Notes under the pieces: model-generated
The model's database searches: none
What the model was told of the DNA's origin: nothing
What the model saw: the letters and a program-made list of their open reading frames with translations, nothing else
Translations under genes and position numbers: made by a program
Assembly (NCBI GenBank): GCA_050257635.1
Contig: JBLMXG010000023.1
Span: forward strand, 4,350-68,349
Length of the DNA: 64,000 nt
DNA from: Chloroflexota bacterium
GTDB taxonomy: Bacteria > Desulfobacterota > Binatia > UBA9968
Direction of reading: 5' to 3'
Shown here: positions 47,827-56,973 of the stretch, in pieces
Layout: each line of letters begins with the position of its first letter
How positions within the stretch are numbered: the stretch's first letter is position 1

Positions 47827-48849
47827 CTAATTAAGATATCCTCGCTCCCGATAAAACCGTTTTGCGCCCGGGTGCAATGGCGCATCGAACGGAGCTTCGT
47901 CGTCATTGGCGCAAAGCTGGGCGATGTCGAGCGGTTTATAATTATCGGTGGGGAAATCGGCCCGGCAGCGCTCGATCGCCTCGCACAGCGCATAGGCGAC
48001 TTCGTCGGCCATGTCGGCGTGGACGATCATCGGCCAGCCGCTGAAGTCGAGCGTCGGAATCGGACGGGCGATTCCTTTGAAGTGGGCGTTCGACACGAGC
48101 GCCGAGCGGTAGCCCAAGCGAGTAAGTTGTCTGAGCATTTTACCTTCAATAGGCAGGTATCGAAAACCGTTGTCCAGAGCGGTTTGTCCCCAGCTCTTAA
48201 TACCTTCGTCGAAAACCGCGTTCACTGCGCCGCTTTCGATGGCGGCACGCCGGCGCGGATCGCTTGGCCGCGGTGCAATGTGAAATGTCCCACCCCACCG
48301 GCGGATTTGCGCCAGCGAAAAGCCGGCGGCCTTGAGCGTCGCCGACACAGTAAACATGGTTGCGTTGCCACTGAGATCGCTTTGTGGAATGCGTCCCGTG
48401 GAAATCCGCAGGGGGATTTTTTGCGCGGCGATTTGTTCCAATGACGTGATGCCGGTGGATTCGTGCACGGCGAATCCCATGACGTCCCACGAAGGAAATA
48501 CGGCGATGGCGCGCAGCGGCAAGTGTTTGCGAAAAGGACCCGCGCCGCGACAAGCCATCGTCAGCAACACCGACGGATTCACCCATGCCACCGAGTACCG
48601 TTTGTCGGCCACCGCGACGATCTCGCGAAAGCTGCCGGTCGCAAAAGTGAGGGACACTTCGTCCTTGGGTTCACCGGTCCTGCTGCGGAGCGACAAGCGC
48701 AGGCGGCGACCGAGGCGCGTGTCTGTCTGCAGCACGCCTTCGGCGGCGCGTTCGGTTTGACGTGACAGCGAAGTGTCATACAAAGCCGCTGCGATTTCCA
48801 GCAGGCCTTTGGCGCGCTGGATTCCTGCATTGTAACGCTTGATTGCCAT
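47827..48849 (-). CDS. Hypothetical protein, possibly periplasmic-binding-protein fold (TAXI/NMT1-like) without signal peptide
   Basis: Weak resemblance only (TFATGS..., VHADMADEVAYALCEAI). ATG at 48849 with GGGAGCGAG upstream. Confidence 0.35.
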   Translation of the reverse strand: MAIKRYNAGIQRAKGLLEIAAALYDTSLSRQTERAAEGVLQTDTRLGRRLRLSLRSRTGEPKDEVSLTFATGSFREIVAVADKRYSVAWVNPSVLLTMACRGAGPFRKHLPLRAIAVFPSWDVMGFAVHESTGITSLEQIAAQKIPLRISTGRIPQSDLSGNATMFTVSATLKAAGFSLAQIRRWGGTFHIAPRPSDPRRRAAIESGAVNAVFDEGIKSWGQTALDNGFRYLPIEGKMLRQLTRLGYRSALVSNAHFKGIARPIPTLDFSGWPMIVHADMADEVAYALCEAIERCRADFPTDNYKPLDIAQLCANDDEAPFDAPLHPGAKRFYRERGYLN

Positions 48850-48964
48850 GGCTCGCTCCCTTGAACAAAAAACGGCTAGAGAGTAGCCGTGATCGGACTG
48901 GCAATCAAGCATCAGGGCTTCAAATTATAGATAGAGATTTTGCAGCAAGGAACTCGAACCAAAA

Positions 48965-49007
48965 GGCCCCAGCCCGACCGCCGGCGAACGGCAGTCGGGC
49001 TGGGGCC
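48965..49007 (-). terminator. Rho-independent terminator of the R/D/H-rich protein gene
   Basis: Perfect 14-bp stem GGCCCCAGCCCGAC / GTCGGGCTGGGGCC, followed on the minus strand by TTTTGG, 21 nt after the stop codon. Confidence 0.6.
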
Positions 49008-49027
49008 GGGGGAAGCGATGGGGCAGA

Positions 49028-49654
49028 TTAACGTTTGCGCAAATTGCTCTTGAGTTCGCGGTGCGCCGCGTCAAGCGTGGCTTGGTCTTGGCGCAAATCT
49101 TTGCGGCCGTCGGCGATTTCTTTATAATCGCCACGAATCTCCTGGCGATCCTTCATGATCTCCTCTTTGCTGGCGCCATTGCGAATGTCGCGCCGCAACT
49201 CTAGGCGATCCTTGCGCAGCTCGCTGTAATTCTTGCGCAAATCTTTACGACTGTCTTGGACTTCTTTACGCGCGGCGCGGACATTCTCAAAGTTGTGGCG
49301 GATCTCCGGCTTGCTGTAGTGGCCTCGGTTGTCGAACTTGCCATGGTCGCGGCGATCGTAGCGCGCGTCGCGGCGGAAGTCGTGGCGATCATACCGGCCG
49401 TTCCACCGGGAGTGTTCGCGCTCTCCCCGATGGTAGTCCCATCGACTGTCCCGATGAAGGTCTCGTTGGTGATGACCGAAGTCGCGCCGGTCATGGGTCG
49501 AGCGGTCAAATTTCTTGGAATGAGGGTTGTCCCAGCCCTTGTGCTGACCCTGGTTTTCGACGCCATCCTTAGCGTCAGCGGTCCTAAAAATTGCGGGAAC
49601 GACCAGGCTCCCGGCGAGCACTCCAACGAAAAGAAGTTTTTTTGAGCGGTTCAT
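49028..49654 (-). CDS. Secreted low-complexity protein rich in Arg/Asp/His with periodic RKDLR-type repeats
   Basis: Signal peptide. N-terminal half is His/Arg/Asp/Trp/Tyr-rich (HDRRDFGHHQRDLHRDSRWDYHRGEREH...); C-terminal half has helical repeats (DLRKNYSELRKDRLELRRDIRNG...). Confidence 0.5.
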   Translation of the reverse strand: MNRSKKLLFVGVLAGSLVVPAIFRTADAKDGVENQGQHKGWDNPHSKKFDRSTHDRRDFGHHQRDLHRDSRWDYHRGEREHSRWNGRYDRHDFRRDARYDRRDHGKFDNRGHYSKPEIRHNFENVRAARKEVQDSRKDLRKNYSELRKDRLELRRDIRNGASKEEIMKDRQEIRGDYKEIADGRKDLRQDQATLDAAHRELKSNLRKR

Positions 49655-49781
49655 GGATTATTTTCCTCCAATGTTATTGAGCGTTGATATTTTGTTCTTT
49701 CTTTAGCGTTAATTGATATTCGTGCCCCGGACTGGCGTTCGCGATCCATGGCGCGCTTGCTTTGCTGAAACTGTTGCGGGG

Positions 49782-50048
49782 TTATCTATTGTAGTAGTCG
49801 TCTTGTTGCTGACCCTGCATGTAGTCGCCGATTAAAGCGCCGCCGACAAGGCCGGTGCCCGCACCGATCGCCGCGCCCATACCGGGACGATGGAAGGCGC
49901 TACCGATTAAACCTCCCGCCGCTGCGCCGCCAACAGCGCCGATTCCGGCACCTTTTTCCCGCGTGGTCAGGGGCCCGCCGGCGCATCCCGCCGTAGTCAC
50001 CAACGCAAGTCCGAGAGATGCGATCCACAGAGAACTTTTGGTTTTCAT
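49782..50048 (-). CDS. Glycine-zipper (OsmB/17-kDa-antigen-like) lipoprotein
   Basis: Lipobox LVTTAGC, glycine-zipper GAGIGAVGGAAAGGLIGS...GAAIGAGTGLVGGALIG. GGGAGG RBS before the MKTKSS start. Confidence 0.65.
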   Translation of the reverse strand: MKTKSSLWIASLGLALVTTAGCAGGPLTTREKGAGIGAVGGAAAGGLIGSAFHRPGMGAAIGAGTGLVGGALIGDYMQGQQQDDYYNR

Positions 50049-50560
50049 CTTGCCTCCCATTGCATTTGCTCCTTATTCGTTGCGCACGCATCGCAGTAGA
50101 GCAACGAATGTGCCACAGATGTATCGAACAGCAATTCAATGAACTTGCCTAATTTGAGACGGGATGCTCTGGAAGAACCCGTAATAATTACCGGTCGGCA
50201 GGGAAAATATTCGGCTAGCGAGATGTGCCTCACCCTGACAGAAATCAGCCAAACCGCCGATGGCGGGTTTCAGAAGTGTGCCAACGCGCGCGCGAATTAC
50301 AGGGATTTCCTTCGTTGTTGCAAATTGGTGTGGGTGCGTTTTGGGGGAGAATTTTTACAGTCTGGACGCGACTTGAATGTCAAGATACGTAGGGTGATTG
50401 TTCCCCTCATTGACCAGCTTGACGTACGGTTCCGCTCCATTCCAGGTGGCAAGCATAAAACAGATTTTTTAAAAGGCGAGAGGCTAACTTGGAGCCGATA
50501 CTTTTGTGCGGCGCGCCGAGGAACCGCAAGCCTTCACCGCCGGTTCTCTCTGTAAGGGGA

Positions 50561-51724
50561 TCATTTATGCGCGCGGATGATGTTTTGGCCGAGCCGCCAG
50601 CGCAGGACTTCGTTGGCGCCTTCGGTAATGCGGGTGCTGCGGATCTGACGGTACCACCACTCGAGGGGCAATTCCTTCATCAACCCAAGGCCGCCATGGA
50701 CCTGGATGGCGCGGTCGACAACGCGGCTCGCCATCTCCGTGGCCATGACTTTCACCATGTAGGATAGATCGCGCACGTCCTCGCCGCGATCGACGCGCCA
50801 GGCGCATTCGTAAACCAGGTTGCGAACGGCGTGGAGCTCCATCGCCGAGTCGGCGATCATGAACTGAATCGCCTGGCGGTCGGCGAGCAGTCTGCCGAAG
50901 GTTGTCCGAACTTTGGAGTACTCGATCATCATGTCGAGGCAGCGCCGGGCGATGCCGACGGGACGCGCGCCATGGCCGCGGATGCGTCCTTCGCCGATCC
51001 ATTTCTGCGCGATGGAGAAGCCGCCGCCGACTTCGCCGATCACGTTAGCGGCGGGCACGCGGACGTTGTCAAAAACCAACTGCCAGGGCGCTTCGCCCAT
51101 CATCGCCGGCCACTGTCGTTCGAGCAGCACGCCGGGGCTTTTCAGATCCACCGCGAAACAAGTGATGCCGCCGCGAGCGCGTTTCTCGGTATCCGTGACC
51201 GCCATCAACTGGGCATAGTCCGACCTTCCCGCCGCGGTGATGAAACGTTTGGTGCCATTGATTATAAAATCGTTGCCGTCGCGCGCGGCGCGCGTGCGCA
51301 TGTTGGCCGGATCGCTGCCGGTGTCGGGCTCGGTCTGAGCGAAGCAGAATCTCAATTCGCCGCGCAGCACGGGCTTCAAAAATCGTTCTTTTTGCTCGTC
51401 GTTGCAGTGAAATAGAACCGGCCGCACTTCCGGACCGAAGAGCTCTAAACTTCGAAAGGGGAGGGACGCGGCGCGGGCGATTTCCTCGTGGATAATGCAG
51501 CGCGGCAAGAGGCCGAGCCCTGCGCCGCCGTATTCGGCGGGCACGTCAAGCATCCAGAGGCCCATCGCTTTGGTCTTGTCTTGCAGCGGCTTGAGCAAGT
51601 GCTCCGGCATCGGCCCTTCGCTGTCATGGCGATATTCGCGCTCGAGCGGGATCAGCTCCTTGTCGACGAAACGGCGCACGGTGTCGCGCAGGATTTGAAT
51701 TTCTTCGGGTAGATTGAAGTCCAT
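50561..51724 (-). CDS. Acyl-CoA dehydrogenase
   Basis: 387 aa, ACAD N-, middle- and C-domain pattern, catalytic Glu near the C-terminus (ITEGANEV). Confidence 0.9.
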   Translation of the reverse strand: MDFNLPEEIQILRDTVRRFVDKELIPLEREYRHDSEGPMPEHLLKPLQDKTKAMGLWMLDVPAEYGGAGLGLLPRCIIHEEIARAASLPFRSLELFGPEVRPVLFHCNDEQKERFLKPVLRGELRFCFAQTEPDTGSDPANMRTRAARDGNDFIINGTKRFITAAGRSDYAQLMAVTDTEKRARGGITCFAVDLKSPGVLLERQWPAMMGEAPWQLVFDNVRVPAANVIGEVGGGFSIAQKWIGEGRIRGHGARPVGIARRCLDMMIEYSKVRTTFGRLLADRQAIQFMIADSAMELHAVRNLVYECAWRVDRGEDVRDLSYMVKVMATEMASRVVDRAIQVHGGLGLMKELPLEWWYRQIRSTRITEGANEVLRWRLGQNIIRAHK

Positions 51725-51751
51725 GGAGGTCCTTTTTGAGAAATAGATTTA

Positions 51752-51842
51752 ACCACAGAGGGCACAGAGATCACAGAGATTAAAATTTGGATTTCTATTA
51801 TCTTTCTCTGTGCGCTCGGTGATCTCTGTGGTGTAAACCTCC
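51752..51842. repeat. Imperfect palindrome built from CACAGAG heptamers
   Basis: Left arm ACCACAGAGGGCACAGAGATCACAGAGA, 26-nt AT-rich spacer, right arm TCTCTGTGCGCTCGGTGATCTCTGTGGT. The outer 9 bp and inner 8 bp are perfectly complementary. Confidence 0.5.
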
Positions 51843-51884
51843 GTTCCCTAAGCGCACGAAAGCCGGGTTGGGATTAACACTCGT

Positions 51885-52277
51885 TTACAGACGAAATCGT
51901 TTAATGCCTTCCACGAGTCGTTTGACGTTAAAGTTCAGCAACAAGCCCTTAGTGATGTTTGACAATTTCATATACGTGAGCAGTTGGGCTTCGTGAATCG
52001 GCACGGTTTTGTCAACACTCTTTAATTCTAAAATCACTTGTTCGTTAACCACCACGTCGATTCTATAACTACAGTCGAGATGGATCCCTTTGTATTCAAC
52101 CGGTAAAGGGACTTGCAAGCGAAACGGAATTTCCCGTAGTGATAGCTCTCGCGCCAAACATTGTTCATAAGCCGACTCCAACAGTCCTGGGCCGAGGGTG
52201 CGATGGACTTCGATCGCACATCCAATGATCTTTTCAGTCAGCGCATCTGTTTCCTGTAATGGAGGACGCATAGCCAA
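51885..52277 (-). CDS. GxxExxY-family protein (PD-(D/E)xK-like)
   Basis: [26 protein letters not shown] gives the GxxExxY signature. 130 aa. Confidence 0.7.
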   Translation of the reverse strand: MAMRPPLQETDALTEKIIGCAIEVHRTLGPGLLESAYEQCLARELSLREIPFRLQVPLPVEYKGIHLDCSYRIDVVVNEQVILELKSVDKTVPIHEAQLLTYMKLSNITKGLLLNFNVKRLVEGIKRFRL

Positions 52278-52376
52278 TCTATCGCGCTCGCCCCTATTTT
52301 AAATAGAACATCCGGGCTGTCATCGGCACGTAATAGTTTACGCCCTAAGGTTTCACCTTATTCATTGAAGACTGGA

Positions 52377-53387
52377 TTAATCGCTCGCGACGATCTTATT
52401 CGATAGCGCGCCAATTTTCGAAGACGAGACTTCGACGGTGTCGCCGATTTTAAGGAACAAGTCGAGCGGGCGTTTGCCATCAGGGCCGCGCCGGGATTTG
52501 TCCGCCGCGGTGCCGGCCGAAGTGCCGCCGGCGATGACGTCGCCGGGCACGAAGGTGAAATCCTGGGAAAGATACTCCAGCACCTCACCAAAGCACCAAA
52601 TCATCTCCCGGGTGTTGTAGCTTTGGCGCACCACGCCGTTGACCCGGGTCTCGGCGTCGACGTTTTGGTGGTCCGTCTCACCGACGACGATGCACGGTCC
52701 CATGGACACCGCGCCGTCGAAATTTTTCTGCAAGTTGTAGCTCACCACTCGGTCCGTGACGCCGGCGTCGCGGATGCTCCAGTCGTGGAATAGCGTAACG
52801 CCCCACACGTAATCATGAATCTTCGCGGCGGGAATGTTTTTACCGCGCTTGCCGATAATGATCGCGACTTCGCCCTCGTAGTCGAAGTAAGTCACGCGCT
52901 TGGGAAACGGGATCGGATCGTTCGGCCCGGCGACTTCCGCAGGCACTTTCCAAAATCCCCATTGGCCGGCCTTCCTGGCTTCTTCAGTGATTTGCTCGAT
53001 GGAAACGTCAGTCTTGCCGAGCCGGTTCGCCCACATGCCGGCGAGATGGGCGGCGTAGTTGCCGCCGACGCAGGCGATGCGCCGCTCCGGCCAGGGCGCG
53101 TGCAGTTTGACTTCGGCGGCCGTGTAGACGACTCGCGGCTCACCGCGATCGTCCTGCGCCGAGGCCTTGCCGAAGCAATCGATGACCCGCTGCGCTTCCC
53201 GGAGCGCGGCATCGCCCGCTTCGATGAAAGATAAAAGTCGCGATGGAATTTGTTTTGCCACCAGTTCTTCCGGATTAGCGCTACCGTGATCTCGAAGTGT
53301 TCGCGCCAGGCCGTAATTGAGGTCGACAATAGATTCGCCCACGAGAGCGCCGACGCGGCGATCTTGACCAAACACAACGATTTTCAT
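52377..53387 (-). CDS. Fumarylacetoacetate hydrolase (FAH) family protein
   Basis: Conserved FAH C-terminal domain (DYEGEVAIIIGK..., GTSAGTA). 336 aa. Confidence 0.85.
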   Translation of the reverse strand: MKIVVFGQDRRVGALVGESIVDLNYGLARTLRDHGSANPEELVAKQIPSRLLSFIEAGDAALREAQRVIDCFGKASAQDDRGEPRVVYTAAEVKLHAPWPERRIACVGGNYAAHLAGMWANRLGKTDVSIEQITEEARKAGQWGFWKVPAEVAGPNDPIPFPKRVTYFDYEGEVAIIIGKRGKNIPAAKIHDYVWGVTLFHDWSIRDAGVTDRVVSYNLQKNFDGAVSMGPCIVVGETDHQNVDAETRVNGVVRQSYNTREMIWCFGEVLEYLSQDFTFVPGDVIAGGTSAGTAADKSRRGPDGKRPLDLFLKIGDTVEVSSSKIGALSNKIVASD

Positions 53388-53610
53388 TTATTTTCTCCCG
53401 CTGTTTTATGTGTGAGATTGCGTACCATCATGCGCGCGCTTCGGTCAAGGGTCGGTTAACTTCGAGGTTCTTCACGGGAATGTTTTCTTGACCTTTGGGC
53501 TGGTTCCCCCTATGTTTTCGCCGGTGCCCAGTGTTCAATCGATCGCTGGGTCACGCGATAGCTCGTCAGATCGGGTTTGCCGGTCGCAGCAGTTACAGAC
53601 GAGGTGAAGA

Positions 53611-54333
53611 ATGTTCGAAAGCTGGAGAGGCGTCGTCGGCGATATCAAACCGACCTATCGGCCGGGCTCGTTGGAAGACTTCATACGTTTGCTCCCGGAA
53701 GGGATCGGCGTGATTCCGCTCACCGTCGGTATCAGTTCCGGAACCGAAAAGGAATTTCGCGACGTGCTGGAGGATTACAAACAAAAGGCCGAACAACTGG
53801 CCAAGCTGGGTGCGGATCTCGTTCACATCGGCGGGGCACCGCCGATGATGGTGCATGGATTTCACGGCGAGGACAAAATCGTCAAGGATCTCGAATCCAA
53901 AATCGGCGTTCCCGTGAGCACGTCGGGCAGGTCGCAGATCGAAGCCATGCATGCACTCGGAGTCAAGAATTTTATCGGGGTGACCTACTTCAATGACCAC
54001 ATGAACGGGATTTTCGCCCACGATTTCGGCGAAGCGGGAATTACCGTCAAAGCGATGGAGGGCATCGAAGTCGCTTTCAAGGACGTCCGGCGATTGTCCG
54101 GAGAGGAGATTTACAAACACACCAAGCAAGCGTTTCTAAAACATCGAGATGCCGAGGCGATCTATATGCTCGGTTCCGGATGGCGATTGCTGAAAGTCGT
54201 GCGCCTGCTGGAGCAAGACCTGCAGGTGCCGGTGATTTACAATCTAGCCACCAAACTCTGGGACGTGCAAAAGCGTTTCCACGTGCGCGAGCCCGTGAAG
54301 GGCTATGGTCGATTGCTGGAGGAATTACCCTAG
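53611..54333 (+). CDS. Asp/Glu/hydantoin-racemase superfamily protein (maleate isomerase-like), paralog 2
   Basis: Same family pattern as 41116-41826 (GVIPLTVGIS..., IGGAPPMM..., VIYNLATK). GAGGTG RBS. Confidence 0.65.
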   Translation: MFESWRGVVGDIKPTYRPGSLEDFIRLLPEGIGVIPLTVGISSGTEKEFRDVLEDYKQKAEQLAKLGADLVHIGGAPPMMVHGFHGEDKIVKDLESKIGVPVSTSGRSQIEAMHALGVKNFIGVTYFNDHMNGIFAHDFGEAGITVKAMEGIEVAFKDVRRLSGEEIYKHTKQAFLKHRDAEAIYMLGSGWRLLKVVRLLEQDLQVPVIYNLATKLWDVQKRFHVREPVKGYGRLLEELP

Positions 54334-54443
54334 CGCCTTATTTTTGGCGACCAATGCGCCAAACACTCCGATACTGAAATAGAAGAGTCTTGCCTAATAT
54401 GCGGATTACAACTCCGCTATTCTGATTCTTATCTTGGGTTTCG

Positions 54444-55484
54444 TCATTGCCCGCCGGCTTGGATGTGAAAGGTCTGCTGGTATTCTTTGAGCCAGGTCTG
54501 TATGCGCTCGCTTACTTTGGCATCGGGCGGTGCGGGATGTTTGATTTTATCGAGGCTCAACCTCGGAAAGCGCGCTTTTACCCCGGCGTGGGAGCTGGTG
54601 AATCCTTCTTCGGTGAATAGCGTTTGGCCTTGTACCGACGCGAGGAAATCGTAAAAAAGTCTGGCGGCGCTAGGGTGCGGTGCTTTTTCGGATATGCCGA
54701 CGGGGTGAATGCTATAGACGATCGGGTTGGCGTCTGCGGACCAATCCACAGGCGCTCCTTTGGCGCGCGCCAGCTCGATCCTGTGCGCTCGAACCACCGC
54801 AACCGGGAACTCGCCGGCGACCAGAAGATTTGCAGTGTTGGTATAGCCTGGTTGGGTTTGCGGATCTTGCGCGGCCAATGCTTGCATGTATTCGCGGCCT
54901 TCTTTATCGCCGAGGTAGCTCACCATCCCGCCGTACCATTGGTAGGCTTCGGCGGGCAGACCGATCTTTTTTGCTTTCCACTTGGGCTCCAGCAGATTCT
55001 TCCAGTCTTTGGGCGCATCGGGACTTCGAACCATTTACGTGTTCCACGCGATGGTGGCAATGGCGCCGTAAATGCTCACCCAGGCGCCGTTTAGATCCCG
55101 GTGCGCCTCGGCAAATTGCCGAAAGTCCGACGTAAAGTATTTGGCCAAAGTCACGTATTTAGGCAATTGGAAGAATTGCACGTACTCCGCGGTGGCAACG
55201 TCCCAGAGGAACTTTCCCGCTCGCGCTTCGCTTCTGATGCGTTCAATCAGTCCGGCGCCTCCCATGCGCAGGTATTTGACCTTGATCGATGGATGTCTAT
55301 CTTCAAACGCCTTGATGATCCTGCCAACAATCGTTCCTCCGGTGAGAGAGCCGTACCATACGACTTCTCCCTCTTTTTTGGCGTTATCCGAATTCGCAGG
55401 ATCAGTCTGCGCGCGTGCGACGCTGGTGATAGCCAAAACCCCGGCAAGGACGCCAAAGAGAGCACGGTTTGCGAAATGCTTCAC
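54444..55484 (-). pseudogene. Fe3+-type ABC substrate-binding protein interrupted by an in-frame TAA
   Basis: ORFs 55484-55035 (signal peptide plus N-lobe, EGEVVWYGS...) and 55034-54444 (C-lobe) lie in the same frame separated only by TAA. Read on the minus strand: TGG AAC ACG TAA ATG GTT. The combined 345 aa match a full FbpA/AfuA-type binding protein. Confidence 0.6.
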
Positions 55485-55787
55485 AAATTTCTCCTTTCGG
55501 CCGTCATCGTTTACGCGCGTACTTGGTTCAACGCCTGGATGCCAACGCGTGAATGACGCCTAGCACCGCAGCACCCTTACGGTTAAGGTTTATACCAGGC
55601 GGCGCCGGATCGTTTACCGCTTTCCTAAACCAAATAGGCAAAAGAACCGACATCGGATGATTGCCGCACGGCCGGTGCCGGGAGAAGGAATTTCTCTGGT
55701 TGGCGGCAATAGTTTTTGATAAGGTCGCGCGGAATCAAGGCTTGATCCGATTGGCCGAACAAGCCGTTAGATCAAAAGGAGTTCTCT

Positions 55788-56798
55788 ATGAACCTGCATC
55801 CGAAGATTTTCTGGGGCTGCCGTGCCCTATCGATGCTTATCGCTCTCGCCTTATTGCGAGGTTCTGGACTGGCGGCGGACAAGCTCATCGGTTTTCACTC
55901 GGCGCGGACCATGTCCCAGGCGATGCCATGGATCGCGGAGGAGGCGGGCCTGTTTCGCAAATACGATCTGGATTTTCAACTGGTCTATATTTCCTCGGCG
56001 TCAATCGTCACTGCGGCGCTGCTGGGCGGCGATGCTCAGGTCGCCGTGAGCGGCGGCGAAGGCATCGTGCGCGCGCACGCGCAAGGGGAAAACGACTTGG
56101 TATTTATTGCCAGCGCCAAAAATACCCTGACGCATAGCTTGCTGGGCAAGCCGGAAATCAAAAGACCGGAGGACCTCAAGGGTAAAAAAATCGGGCTCAC
56201 CCGGATCGGCAGCAACTCGCACTATTTCATCATTCAGGTGCTCAGAAAGTACGGCATTGAGCCGACGGACGTGCATTTCATTCAAACCGGCGGCCAGGTC
56301 GAAAACCTCGCGGCGCTGCTGAGCGGTGCCGTCGATGCGGCCACCATGACCGGTCCCTCAGGAGGCACGCGGGCGGCGGCAAAAGGATTTCGCTACGTGG
56401 TTTACGGCCCCGACTTGAAAATTCCCTTCGTCGCGGCGTCGCTGATCACGCGCCGCTCTACGATTGCGTCTCGCGGAGCGGCGATCGAAAAGTTCGTGCG
56501 CGCGATGGCGGAGGCGATGAAGATCATGTTTGTCGACAAGGAGTTCACATACAAAGTCTTGGGCAAGCAATTGCGGATCAACGACCGCAAGCTTCTCGAT
56601 GCGGCCTACGACGAGGAGATCAAAGTACTGGAGCCGCGCCTGGAGTTCAAAAACGAAGCGTTCCAGGCGATCATCGATGAAACCGCGAAAGTCGACCCGC
56701 GCGCGAAAAAGATCAAGCCGCAAGAACTGGTCGACCGCCGTTACCTCGACGGGCTGAACAAGCGCGGCTATTTCGACAAACTGTGGGCGGGGAAGTGA
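55788..56798 (+). CDS. NMT1/THI5/SsuA-like substrate-binding protein (orphan)
   Basis: Signal peptide; binding-fold pattern of the nitrate/sulfonate/bicarbonate SBP family. No adjacent permease or ATPase. Confidence 0.7.
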   Translation: MNLHPKIFWGCRALSMLIALALLRGSGLAADKLIGFHSARTMSQAMPWIAEEAGLFRKYDLDFQLVYISSASIVTAALLGGDAQVAVSGGEGIVRAHAQGENDLVFIASAKNTLTHSLLGKPEIKRPEDLKGKKIGLTRIGSNSHYFIIQVLRKYGIEPTDVHFIQTGGQVENLAALLSGAVDAATMTGPSGGTRAAAKGFRYVVYGPDLKIPFVAASLITRRSTIASRGAAIEKFVRAMAEAMKIMFVDKEFTYKVLGKQLRINDRKLLDAAYDEEIKVLEPRLEFKNEAFQAIIDETAKVDPRAKKIKPQELVDRRYLDGLNKRGYFDKLWAGK

Positions 56799-56973
56799 CT
56801 CCTGCCGAGAGCTCTCTGAGGCAGTCGCACCAATGCCCAGCGCGACGGAGCCGCACCCGCGGGGAAAAAGATTCACCGCTAAGACGCCGAGGGCGCAGAG
56901 TGATTTTTTTAGACTTTCCTTCCTCCGCGTCCTCCGCGCCTCCGTGGTGGGTCTTCCGGAAATTGGCGTGAGT

